Positions 12,387 to 24,329 are shown, numbered from the whole stretch's first letter. The stretch is DNA of 60,500 nucleotides, filler included, from Sphacelaria rigidula (GCA_964200075.2; 10 parts of 10 records of this genome joined end to end with filler, not necessarily neighbours in it); one strand, 5' to 3'. The notes: generated from the sequence alone by a model not told the origin. Made by a program: numbers and translations.

Positions 12387-12689
12387 GCTCGTTCATACCG
12401 ATTGACACCGTTTTAAACCAAATACAAGCGCACCGCGAGTGTAGCAGGTCGTCTGACACACTTTCGAGTCTCTTTTTTCGTCCAATCAAATAACCCACCC
12501 CCCTATCGCAGGATGACTCGAAATCTCGCACGGTATGCACGAGCCAAGTGGCCTCGTGAGGGAAGAGGGAAAGGCAGAGTTCATCCGCGGTCGTCACGTG
12601 GGGATGGCGGTTTCCGACTTACGGGGTATGTGGTACCCTGCAGATGGCAAAGATACCTCAGTCTTTCGTTGACTAGCTGCTACAACTGG

Positions 12690-13210
12690 TTGGTGGCGGT
12701 GTTGAAGTTGCGTTGCAGGTTGTTAGCCTGCCGTGTGGTACATTCCTCCCGGAGGAGGCGAATCGCGTTTTCGTCAGCAGTGCTGGCATATGGCATGTCC
12801 TGCGATGTCGGCGCCGGAGTGGTGACCGGGAGGGCTGGCATCGGGGTGGCGGCTCATTAACGAGCGATGATGCCTTGCGTGGCTCTGTTATGTTCCAGAA
12901 AGAGGCACATAAGATATCCCGCTGGGCAGAACTCCGCTGTGAGCTGCGGCTGAGGGTGTGGCTTGCCCGAGGACCTATCAGTCGTTGGGGCGCCGCCAAC
13001 GGTCGAAGTGACGACAGCAGGGGCGGCAGTCACAGCGGCCAGAGACCTGTCGGCAAGGTGGTCACCGCTGACGGCGGCAGGGGCGGCGGCAGGGGCGGCC
13101 GTCGCAGCGGCCGAAGGCACCACAGCGGCGCTTGGGGCGACTGCGGGAGTGGCCGGAGCAGGGGCAGCAGTAGTTGCCGCAGTGGTTGCCGAAGAAATGG
13201 TGGGCAAAGT
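12690..13210 (-). mobile_element. Fragment of a gag-like ORF1 related to the element at 36433-40756
   Basis: PQLTAEFCPAGYLMCLFLEHNRATQGII aligns with PLGVEHCPAGLVLRLFQDRPRAEQEQII; both follow an Ala/Thr/Pro-rich tract. Confidence 0.7.
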
Positions 13211-14784
13211 CTTGGATGAGTCCGTGGTCTGTTTGATGACACGGTGCAGATCAGAAATATGTCACTGTAACAAACGGATAGTGGCGGCATCAGCAGCAGA
13301 GCGGGATGGGGCATCGCGGTTAGCTCGAGCTCGTCTAAGATGGCGCAGGGGCTCATGAGAAGATTTTTCGCTTGCTTTCTCTATCGAGGAAGCTGGGTCC
13401 GGTGATAGGTAAGAAAGGATATTTCTAATGTTGTCTGTATGCACGGTGTGGTCATCTTACAGATTTATTGGTGATTTTCCAGTCGACTGGTCTCTATGTG
13501 TCATACTTCATCATGCTTGGTATCCGTCTGTCTACCCTGGTGTCTTTACAACGTTTTAGGGACTAGAATCTTAACTAGCACAGCAGCAGTAAGCCTGTTC
13601 GTCGATAGTACAAGAAGCATCTACGCCATCACGGACTGCGATATCAGAGGTGTCTCTGGTCTTCGTCTAAAGTAAGCCTAAAGTGCATGCAGCGGATGCT
13701 GCATGAGCATTTGCGTAACACACGCAGCCTCTTCGCTGCTGAGCATGATGTACGTATCTCGAACTCGGTACCGATAGTTGTTACTCAAATGTGCATGAGC
13801 CCGAGGGCGCTCAGGGTGCCCACAGACTGGCATTCCTTGATCTCTAGACGCTTACCACCGATTCGTGACATGGTGCCCAACCCGTCATACAACATGTACT
13901 GCATCGTGCTTCCATAACTGCATTGTTGCTGTCACCCTGCTCCCAACACAAAAGGTTGCAGGGGTTTTTTTTCTGGCGTGTAAGTCTGATCCGTAAAATG
14001 TTACTTCTTTTATATAGAGTAAATATTGTACCTGTTCACAGTTTGCTAGTTCACGAAAAGTTGTCACGCATATTCTAGCTGCAACATCACTTTATTTAGT
14101 ACAGTATGAAGTAGACAGAGTACTGTTGTAGTTCATAACTGGGTGCCACTGATATGTTTTGAGAGCATGTACAGTGCATCATGGTATGTTGCTTCGACTC
14201 CCCCCACTCTTTTGCTTTGTCGTCTACTTACCATACGTACGTTAAGCATAAAATTCGAGCGTGGGCTATATGGTTTGTTTTTGTCCCATGGTGCCCTGTG
14301 TTCCCCCCTGGTTTTGCCCCGTGGGTGCTCTTTGCTCCGTATTCCCGCTTGCTGCATAATTATTGTCATGCCCAAACAGATCATCGCGGGTTCACTCACG
14401 AGTGAATACAAACATCTGCTCTCGCTACAACGGGGTGTCGCACCCTTCGAAATGACGGAGATTGGCAGACGTCCAAAGCATAGTTGATCTAGCCGATATA
14501 AAATTGAATGAAAAGCATATACGGTCGCGAGCATGAACGAGCTCATCCGAACGAGCTCATTAGAAGGTGCTACAATTTTTCATCTCGGCGGACTCGTCAA
14601 TTTACTTCGGGCTGGATGATGGAGGTGGCTACCCTTCAGGGCTTCTCGGGGCTGCTGTTACACATAGCCGTGGTGTCTATCCATGCTGCTGTAGTGTCTT
14701 CGCTGCGCGGCTGTGCTATTGTTGTGTGCTGTTGTTCGTCGCTGCCGCGCCGCTGCTGTGTGTTGCTGCTGCTCGCCGCGCGGG

Positions 14785-14846
14785 TGTGCTGCTGTTGTTG
14801 TTGCTGCTGCTGCTGTTGTTGCTGCCGTTGCTGCTGCTGCTGCTGC

Positions 14847-14910
<64 letters not shown>

Positions 14911-14996
14911 AATATTGTTGTGTTGCTGCTGCTGCTGTGCTGTTGCTGCTGCTGTGTCGTTGCTATTGCTGCTACTGCTGCTGCTGCTGCTGCTGC
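14785..14996. repeat. (TGC)n/(TGT)n compound microsatellite
   Basis: Directly visible; it explains the poly-C/L/V ORFs here. Confidence 0.97.
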
Positions 14997-16126
14997 TCCG
15001 CCCCTATGTTCTCGTCGTTTTGTACCTTGCTCGAAATTGAACGCACGGCTGTTGCCATTATCGCCTGCATTGTATCACCTTCGTCTGGCCTGCACCTGAC
15101 CACCTAAAATATCACCGCTGCACCCAACCAGCAATGATTGTGTTCGAGGCATTCTCCGAATTATTTTGGTATTTGTGTTGCATATTGAATTGGGACAATC
15201 AACCCACCATGATCAGTATGTAATTTGTTTCCGGGGTTGCATTGCTATTGTGACCATCGGAATTTGTGAAATGCACGTGCGGTAAAGTTTCCAATCTATT
15301 TCGGTCTTGTTTGTTTGTTTTTTCATCTTACGTACTAACATGATTTGCATCTCCGGGTGTCGTGTCTACCGTAACTGTCTTTTGAGTCACTCGATTGTAT
15401 TTTGAGCGTTCTATAACTTTCGCCGCCGTCGTCTTGCTCTCTAGAGCTGCACGATTTTTCAATTTTTATTCTGTAAATTTTGTATTGTGTTTTGCGCTCT
15501 TGATGTTCTTCTTTGACAGTGCGGGTGTAGGCTATCCGCATGACCCTGTCTGTTGCGCTGCCTGTACTCCTCATACTTGAGCAGGATTCCGCCTCTGAAC
15601 GTTTCATCTGCATGTACCCCGAGATTTCCAACGTATACTAACCGTGCCCTCCATTACTTCCGCCCTTGTTTTATTTACACTCTTGTCCTGGGTGTGTCGC
15701 ATCCTGATGAGGGAACCGGCGCTGAACGTGATTGCGTCGGGGAGGACACGCAGGGAACACTGAACGATTTGCCAATGATGGTATGTTCCGGCGTGAAGTG
15801 TCAGCAACTTGGTTTGGTTCAGTTAATCCCGTGCATATTTTCATAGCATTCTGGTAGCAGGGTTATCATCTTGGTGTCACTAAACGTGATCCTCATTTAT
15901 CCCACACCGGTAATCGACTGTATGGTTTGTTATTCACCAAGTTGACTTCTTGATGCACCCTGTACCGTAGTTGGAAATTACCTTGTCTCTTCCTGGTACC
16001 GTAGTTGGATACTACTTTGTTCAGTTGCTTTAAGCTTGGTTTTCGATGTCATGCAATCGCTTATCTTTCCGTGTATTGGGTTGTCATTATTTATTCAGCA
16101 CGCGGACTTACGTAGTTTTCATATTT

Positions 16127-16689
16127 AACAACGTTTTCGTGATATCGAGAGTAGGGCGCTGATTGAGGGTGGCTTTGATAATTCTCTATAACGTAGCCAT
16201 TATTAAGTGATGCTGCGATAGGGTCAGCACTTTTACGGCCTGAGATAAGAATTGTTCGGAACTCTTTATCTCATCCAAAACACGACTTCCGAAATAGGTG
16301 AGAGTAGGCCAGGTTTTTTCTTCCAATTTGCTAGGGATGTCCCTAATGAATTTGCAAACGGGGATACCCTCACCCATATTCTTGTGTAGTTCCTAATTTG
16401 AGGAACCCCTGAATCAGGCCGGTTTTGGCCCCAAAAGTGCCGACCCTATCGCAGCATCACTCCTTTTCATCATTCCATGTGTGCTTTTCTTTGCCTCCAC
16501 CACTGGCGTGTGCTTCCAGCTACACGTCTATATCCTTCTCAGGAATATCAAGCGCCTTAGTAGCAAGCTAGTACAAAGAATATCGGGCCTCGTGCAGGGG
16601 CATTTCGGAACTGCAACGATTTATTCACTGATTAACCGCTCTTTACTCTCCATCGTATCCTCTACTCTCAATCTCACGAACACGTTGTT
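16127..16689 (+). mobile_element. AACAACG-family MITE, TSD ATTT, with a nested element
   Basis: ATTT|AACAACGTTTTCGTGA...TCACGAACACGTTGTT|ATTT; about 260 bp longer than the 300-bp copies. Confidence 0.9.
16206..16461. mobile_element. Nested MITE with TIR AGTGATGCTGCGATAGGGTC
   Basis: AGTGATGCTGCGATAGGGTCAGCACTTTT / AAAAGTGCCGACCCTATCGCAGCATCACT; related termini at about 12497-12516 and 19694-19710. Confidence 0.85.
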
Positions 16690-16944
16690 ATTTGACCTTT
16701 TTGCCCTTCATGCCCAGTGTACCATGCAACTTGACTGCGCGACTAAATGTCCCGTCTTTGATAGTTCGTACAGGCCCTACATATAGTTGTCCGGCACTCA
16801 TTTCGCTGATGTGATTGCTGAACCACCCTAGGGGGGGGGGGGGCGAAGAACGAGGTCCAACTGTTTGGCTGATCGTTGTACAGCGTGAACACTCTTTGCC
16901 ACGAAACAACACGGCCTCCCACCAGAAGAACGTACATCCTTGCT

Positions 16945-17445
16945 TTGATAACGTACATCCTTGTGCAACTTCTTGTAAAACACGAAGTTTAAAAATATTT
17001 AGATATTTCTCCGTCTAGCATCATCGCGCTTATGGCACATTCTGTCATCTTTACCATCGTCCACATCTAACAACGTTTTCGTGAAATTGAGAGTAGAACG
17101 CTGGTTGAGAGTGGCTTTGATCATTCGCTTGCTCTCAGCCATTTTTTCACTCCGTGTGTGCATTTCTTTACCTCCATCACTAGCGTGTGCTTATAGCTAT
17201 ACGTCGATATCCTACTCAGGGGCATCACGGACCTCAGTGGCAAGCTGCTGCAGAAAGCATATTGGGCCTCGTGGAGGGGCATTTCGGAACAGAAATGACT
17301 CATTCATTAATTGACCGCTTTTTACTCTCAATCGTATCCTCTACTCTCAATCTCACGAAAACATTGATATCTTTCCCTTGATCCCCATTCCCAATATATT
17401 TCCCACAACCCATTCCTCCATACTGCGTCATGAGCCTTTTGCACC
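16945..17445 (-). mobile_element. LINE RT fragment (same family as 33927-36260) interrupted by a MITE
   Basis: The reverse complement aligns to about 35550-35735 (KAHD.VWRNGLW...MTEC...MMLDGEISKYF...VAQGCT). Confidence 0.85.
17069..17368 (+). mobile_element. AACAACG-family MITE (300 bp), TSD ATCT
   Basis: ATCT|AACAACGTTTTCGTGAAATTGAGAGTAG...CTACTCTCAATCTCACGAAAACATTGAT|ATCT; removing it restores the LINE sequence GGAAAGATGTGG. Confidence 0.93.
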
Positions 17446-18632
17446 TGTATCACCCCACAGTTTCTGCGACCCTGCCATCGCACTCGAAGATCCCCGCTTC
17501 CCCACGTAGTGATACTTTTTCTTATAGGTGTTATCTCTTGGAAACGCTACAGCAGTGCCAAGCCAAAGCGCCAAGTGTATGATTATGGGAATCGCTTCCG
17601 GCGAGTACGATACAAAGATGGAGACTGGAAAGACCTACCTCGCCGGGAACCCGAGAGCCCCAAGCTCGAACGGAGGAACCAAAGATAGACTGCAGCCATC
17701 GACGTTTACGAGTAGCTATTGTGTGATCTGGTATATGAAATCATTGCAAGAGAAATGCGGTAATTAAATTAGTGAATAAGTAGCTATACGTTTCTGGTAC
17801 CCTACGTTCCAGTCATGAACTACGAACAGCCGATCCTAATTTTTGGGGTTGAACTATAAAATGAGGTTCAACCCGCAAATCGCTTCCGTTGGAAAAATAC
17901 AAAACAGTAACACAAAAGGACGGTATTTTCCCCCAACACTCCGCAGGAGGAGTTGGGCAGTTCGGGCTAGGTGCACCCAACGAATGCGGTGTACACGCGT
18001 GTCGATGGCGATATCACCAGAGAGAGAAGCAACGACAGAAAGGAAGCTCCTCGCCCGTGTCCTTTGTGTGTCCTCGCTCGNNNNNNNNNNNNNNNNNNNN
18101 NNNNNNNNNNNNNNNNNNNNNNNNTTAATTAATTAANNNNNNNNNNNNNNNNNNNNNNNNNNNNNNNNNNNNNNNNNNNNCAGGTTTGGGTGTCATCTGA
18201 TACCTGTGGCGCGTGTTCTGGCCATCGAAAGTCGCCCGCACTGACTCTTTTTCGCGGGGTGCCGATCCCAAACCACAAAAGCCTTCCCACTTTCATGAAA
18301 AGCTTCAAGCAGCAGGATGATTGTTGGCGGGGTATTTTCCCCCCGTGATTCTCTTCATCGAGTTCTCGTTCATTTCGGAGCACGATTACACTGCTTATGC
18401 CGCCACGAGAACATGCGAGCGATGCAGTTGGAAACAATCGAACATTTCCTTGGCCTTAGTCAGCAGCAAACACCAGACCGTGAAGTGAGCTTTTGACGAG
18501 GTGAACAAGGCACACACGTGGGCAAACGTCCCCACTGTGGGCCACCTGTATTGACCAGCGAAGGGTGGTGCCGAAATCCCTGTGATCATGCAACCCGTAG
18601 GACGCAGGGATATCCTTGTGGCAGGGTTGACA

Positions 18633-18845
18633 GAGTGATGCGTGAGAGGATCGCGTGCTTAGAGGACCGCATCGGAATGTGAATATCTCGATGGTTAGGG
18701 TTAGGATTAGGGTTAGTGTCGGGGTTATAGTCAGAAGCGTAGTACCTGCAGGGACTGGCCCGACTGGTTTTGAAAAACGTCGATCCTGAGGAGTTTTGAA
18801 CTACGGCGCAGTTCTCTAAGCACGCGGTCCTCTCACGCATTACAG
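18633..18845. mobile_element. Small TIR element with internal telomere-like TTAGGG repeats
   Basis: TIR of about 32 bp, GTGATGCGTGAGAGGATCGCGTGCTTAGAG / CTCTAAGCACGCGGTCCTCTCACGCATTAC; GGTTAGGGTTAGGATTAGGGTTAG at 18693-18716. Confidence 0.75.
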
Positions 18846-19952
18846 ATAGGTTTGTCCTTGTGACAGGGATGACAGGGAGAATCATACGAGTACGCACCTC
18901 ATGTATCTTCCGACGGCTTAGTACCGTATCTTCAGTACAAGTCAAGCGTTGCTTTGCTTTTGGATTTCTCCGCCGTGTCTGAATGAACCAGCCTGAAAAT
19001 TGGCACAGATGTTGACCACAAGACAGGCAGCATATTCCCGCATCGGCGGCACGCTTTACGAGGTGCGCCAGTCGCACGAAGTGAATACGGATTCTGGGCA
19101 ATGTCATCGATATCCCCTCAAAACGGACTCCCGTCGGCCCAGACTGTGTGAGACGTCAGTGAATGCATATGTGGACACGCAGATGCGCTCACTTTCACAT
19201 CATGACCTGCGGGGTGGCTCCTGCCCCGTTAAACAAGCGTTAATCCGTATTGGGTACACTCTGGATTATGTCATTCTACGCGATATCTATCTTGGTATCG
19301 CCTGTAGCGAGGTACTCACTTCAGGAGGCACGGTCGTGCAAGCGCTGTCAGAGCTTTTACGCGCAATGTATACTATGTACATGTAGCATTTCACCGCTTT
19401 TGCCGAATTTTCTCTGGCGGCAAGGCATTTTTTCCCACACGTCCTATTGCGGCGCACCGAGAAGGCTCAGCGGTACGTTACCGTTCAGGTTTGGATGCCA
19501 TCTGATACCTGTGGCGCGTGTTCTGAACACCGAAAGTCGCTCAAAGTGGCTGGTGTCAATTCCGAACCACAACTCTTCAAGATCGTGGAAAACTTGACAA
19601 AATATATATTCGACTTACGTCACCCCCGGGAGGCCCGTACCAACCTCCCGAAGGGAAACCTTGTATATATATATATATATATATACGAAGAACCATGCTA
19701 CGATAGGGGGAGGGGGTGTTCGATTCCACGAAACAATGTGCTCATAGATGCGTCAAACGACCTACAACACTCGCGGTGCGCTTGTATTTGGGTAAAAGCG
19801 ATGTAAAGCCGAATGAATGAGCGTTCACGGGAGCAAGCGCGTTCGAACAGCTGTTGGCTACTTTCATCGGCGATTGAAGTGGAATTTCGTGGAAGAATCA
19901 GCCCCACATCGAATTTGTGCAGACCCGCCGGTCCTACCAACACCATTTTTGA

Positions 19953-20101
19953 ATCCGCCCGCGCACAACAGAGCCGGCACACCATTTTTGAACGCACCCA
20001 CCCAAAACAGAGCAGGCATAGAGGGTATGCCACAGCACGCACACCCACAACACAGCTCACACGCACACATACACTGAGTAACCACCACTAGCTAGCCGCA
20101 A

Positions 20102-20134
<33 letters not shown>

Positions 20135-20869
20135 TACTGTAGTACGGAGACCGCCGTTGAACTTATCGCACACGCTTCACGCGCCTACTGTAGCAGGTAA
20201 CTGAACCATCACGTACTCTTGTGTGTTTGGATCAATTGTTGTGTGTTCTGATCAAATGTTTTTAGCGAAGGTATTGATTGATTTGGTTGATTGATTATCT
20301 CACATTAGCTGATTGCAACAATCCAGCCCGTGGTCAGGAGCAGCAAAGTATATTCCAGAGATAGTACAGCCAACTGAATTACGCTCTCTTCTTGTGTGTT
20401 GGGATTAATTGCTGTGTGCTTAGATCAACTGTTTTTAGTATTTAGTACAGACAGTACCGCGAAGCACTGCTCCCAACCGCAGACAGTAAGAAGTAGTAGA
20501 CAGTACTGTGCGCTATACAGACAATACTGTGCGGGACGGTGGCATTTATTGCACTGAAGGCCGTGCCGTGAGCACAAGTAACTTTTACCATCAGAACGAC
20601 AGCAGATGGTTTGCTAATGTCGCCGTCGAAAGGGTTTGCAAGACTGCTCTTCTTGTCCCCGACCACGAACACACCAACACAATGAACGCGACGAAGGACA
20701 GACAGACAACGGCGAACACACCCGGAATATAAAATACCTCTTCACTAAAAACATTTGATTAGAACACACAACAATTGATCCAAGCACACAAGAGTACGTG
20801 ATGGTTCAGTTGCCTGCTAGGCGCGTGAAGCGTGTGCCATAAAGTTCAACGGCGGTCTCCGTACTACAG

Positions 20870-20913
<44 letters not shown>

Positions 20914-21066
20914 TTGCGGCTAGCTAGTGGTGGTTACTCAGTGTATGTGCGCGTGTGAGCTGTGTTGTGGGTGTGCGTGCTGTGGCATGCCTTCGATGCC
21001 TGCTCTGTTTTGGGTGGATGCGTTCAAAAATGGTGTGCCGGCTGGCTCTGTTGTGCGCGGGCGGAT
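19953..21066. repeat. Long inverted repeat: arms 19953-20275 and 20733-21066, each containing (CAG)n/(CTG)n
   Basis: Arms of about 325 bp are reverse complements with few mismatches; spacer about 460 bp. Confidence 0.92.
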
Positions 21067-22214
21067 ATGTTTTGTTCTGTTATTTGGCCAGCGCTGGCGT
21101 AAATACGGCGGGTGCGAGGCTGCAAAATTTTGAAATTCCGTGTTGAGATCGTTAGAAAATTGAAGAAGCCAAGGCACATGCCGGTAGTGAAAAGGCCGTC
21201 GGGCGGAAGCTCGAGCAGCAAGTGAGATATTCGTAACGGCATCCGAGGGGAAAGGGGGGAATAGCGGCATAAGTCTGCAATACGAGCTGTGGGTTGTCAT
21301 GTGTTCCGTCGGTGTTGTCGCGATCTTAAGTTGCCCCCGACTTTGGTAGAACTCTCCCTCTGCTAGTATAGGTTGCCATTCCACTCATTCAAACAGCATA
21401 TAATATGAGAAATTTCCCGTGCGTGTTACATTACGTATATATTTTCTTCTATCTACAGGCAGCCAGTCGTGGCTCATATATCAAAGCCGTGTCCACGCTG
21501 TGTTTCATCAGAAAAATTGACATCGCTGTCTGCGCTTTCGATTTTTTTGCTCCGGGATCCTGACACGAAACATTCGCCGATAAACAGGCAAGATCACCCT
21601 CTGCGGCACAACAGGCACGGAGCTATCGGTGTTGATGCGTGGTTTTGGCCGCAGAGCGCTCTCGCACGCAAGATCAGCACATCGCCGGCCGTAATGTCAT
21701 CAAGGCTGTACTACGTCCAATTCACTTCGACGAACACGTGCTCAAAACTGTAATGTAACGAAGAAAAGCATGGTATATCAACATGTACGGGCTGATATCC
21801 TATCCGAACGACGGAAGCGCGCTAGACACAAATCATCACAGAGTGAGACCATGCTGCGCGCCGCTCACCACGACTAATGGTACCCAGCCGATCGTCTCTG
21901 CCCATAACCCCATCCCTACCCCCGATCAACGATCTCTTCCTCCTTCTCCTTCCGCTCCGGGCTGTCAGTAGTGTGAGCTCGGTTTCCGGTATTCGTAAGT
22001 CATATCCACTTTGGTCCGCTGCTGTTGCGGGCATCCGCCTCTTTCCTTTGTTCTTGGGTTGATGATGGTATCCTCGCCCCGAAGCTTCCACTGCAATAGA
22101 GCAACACACACACCCACATCGCCAGACTTCAAGTTGTCTGCTGTCCGATGTGCGTTATCTGTATATGCAGTAGGTTCTACAAGTTGTCTGCTGTCTGCTG
22201 TGCGGCATCTGTAT

Positions 22215-22315
22215 GTGCAGTGTGCGTGTGTGTGTGTTGTCGTCCCATCTATTCCGGACGCCGGTCTACACCTTTCGGTATATGTGGGCGCAACAGCCGG
22301 GGTCACACAGGAGGT
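22215..22315 (-). repeat. Truncated copy of the (CA)n-tailed repeat at 1010-1305
   Basis: GTGTGTTGTCGTCCCATC...CAGCCGGGGTCACACAGGAGG. Confidence 0.75.
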
Positions 22316-22602
22316 CCGTGTTCAGGTTCTAAAGAACACCGCAGAACTGCTGTGTTGTCTTGTGTTCAGTGTAGTACTCTGTGCTCCATATACCACTGCA
22401 AAATTGTCTTGTGTCTAGTGTAGTACCCTGTACTCCATATAAAGGGGTCATGTTTCGAGCAGTTTTTCGAAAAGTTCTGCTTGTTTTTTTTTCAAGTTCT
22501 CGTTTTTTTCAAGTATTCCGGAAAACGAGTGGTTTCTGTCACAGAAATCTAATGCCGAATCTGGAATAGCCTGAGACAACAACCAATTTGAAAATTGGAA
22601 TA

Positions 22603-23022
22603 GACAATTCTTTAACATGAGGTTGTACACTAAAATAAGGTTCAAGCCCAAAACGGTGCTTTCTTCACACTTTCAGCGATGGTACCCAATGACTTTTTTG
22701 TCGGCCTAATGCCCCTTGATCGCGGAGATTCTTCAGCGGATTTCACCCATTCTATGAACTTACAGCGCTGACTGAAATCATCATTTCCCCTGATTTTTTA
22801 GAAGAGGGGGTTCAAGGGCGGGATGACATCGGGGAAAATTACGGTTTCGGTCAGCGATGTTAGCTCACAGAGTCGGTGAAATGCGCTGAATAAGTATCTT
22901 CGCAATCGAGGGGCATTAGACCGACAAAAAAGTCATCGAGCACCATCGTTAAAAGTGTGAAGACAGCACTGTTTTGGGCTTGAACCTCATTTTAGTGTAC
23001 AACCTCATTTCATAGAATTGTC
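22603..23022. mobile_element. Foldback MITE (420 bp) with GACAATTC termini
   Basis: Arms of about 190 bp: GACAATTCT..ATGAGGTTGTACACTAAAATAAGGTTCAAGCCCAAAAC / GTTTTGGGCTTGAACCTCATTTTAGTGTACAACCTCAT..AGAATTGTC. No clean TSD. Confidence 0.88.
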
Positions 23023-24097
23023 TGTTTTCTGCGGGGGGGGGGGTAGGAGAGAAGGTGTCTAGTTCAGCAAGGAGCGTGCTGCTTGGCTCCGGCGGTGGGC
23101 GATTGGGTGTCACGTACCCGTCAGAAATACCATAGACAGCAGTGTCGCGAAAAACCAGGAGTCATACGCGGGAAGATAATGGCAAAAGTCAGAAAGTACT
23201 GGACAACAAGCGCCGCGATTGGTAACACAGGAACCATGAAACGGTTGTAACGATCAGATACCCGACAGTCAAAGACTGGCGGCATGACCAGCCAGGAACA
23301 TACCGACGGATGCCAGCCACAAACTCCAATCGATGGGGGTGAAATGAGAGAACTGCAGCTCCCATTCGAACATATTTCATCATCTTTTTGTGAGTGTTCG
23401 GCCTTTGCCTTTTGGGTTGCGCGTGTATGCACCCACAGGCCAAGCACGTGCATGGGGAACGACGATTGAAGGCGTTATCGATCATGCACAACGAGCTTGG
23501 GAGCTCTCTTCTGTCCCCGCATATTCTGCCACTGGCGATCACGCAGGACTCAGTGAAATGAGTACTGGCTCAACCGTATCAAGACGCGCTTCATGCGTCG
23601 ATCCTTGTAGCTTCGAATCGTCGGTTGCCTCATTGCAGGTTTGTCATATTCGTTTGCAAGTTCAATCGAACAAGCTCCGTCCTGTTCGAAGTACCCGTCT
23701 TGGATAGCAGCTTGGATACGTGCCTCTCGACCGACCGCACGCCGAGCCCAACCATCGAAGCAATTTCGCTGCAGCACACAAACAAGTACGAGCACGAAGG
23801 AGAAAACAAAGAAGCGCGGAAGGAATAACGCCATCAGCTTGTGAACAACCAACTTTGCCTTTTTTCACCGAACAACATGAAGGAAACGCCACGGGTGAAG
23901 GAAGATGTGCGCCGCACCACCAAGTCGCACGCAATCTGTCCCTTATATTCCCTCCAGTTTCGCGATTCAGATTCACTCTTCAATGCTGTTCGTATGTATT
24001 GATGTATAAATTTCTTTTTTTTTATTATTCTTGTTCTTTCCTTGCTATTCCTTCGCTCTGCTTTGTTTTGCCTCTTGTTTTGAATCCATGTGCTTTC

Positions 24098-24140
24098 AAC
24101 AACGTTTACGTGAAATTGAGAGTTGAAGGTACGATTGAGA
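24098..24140 (-). mobile_element. AACAACG-family MITE end, truncated by contig end
   Basis: AACAACGTTTACGTGAAATTGAGAGTTGAAGGTACGATTGAGA. Confidence 0.8.
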
Positions 24141-24329
24141 NNNNNNNNNNNNNNNNNNNNNNNNNNNNNNNNNNNNNNNNNNNNTTAATTAATTAANNNN
24201 NNNNNNNNNNNNNNNNNNNNNNNNNNNNNNNNNNNNNNNNAAGCCTACTGATTATCTTGCATTTGGATGACAGCCTACAATGAGTTGCTTTATTATCTGG
24301 TATCGCCACTTCTCCGCCGGGGGGGGGGG

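Noticed and set aside
14508..15099. Poly-Cys/Leu/Val ORFs
   Set aside because: Translation of a trinucleotide microsatellite.
16123..16693. piggyBac or Harbinger assignment from apparent TTAA/TAA flanks
   Set aside because: The AA/TT belong to the TIR; the exact TSDs are ATTT, ATCT and CACT.
23121..23976. Cys/Trp-containing minus-strand ORFs as a gene
   Set aside because: Interrupted, with no convincing splice structure or family motif.
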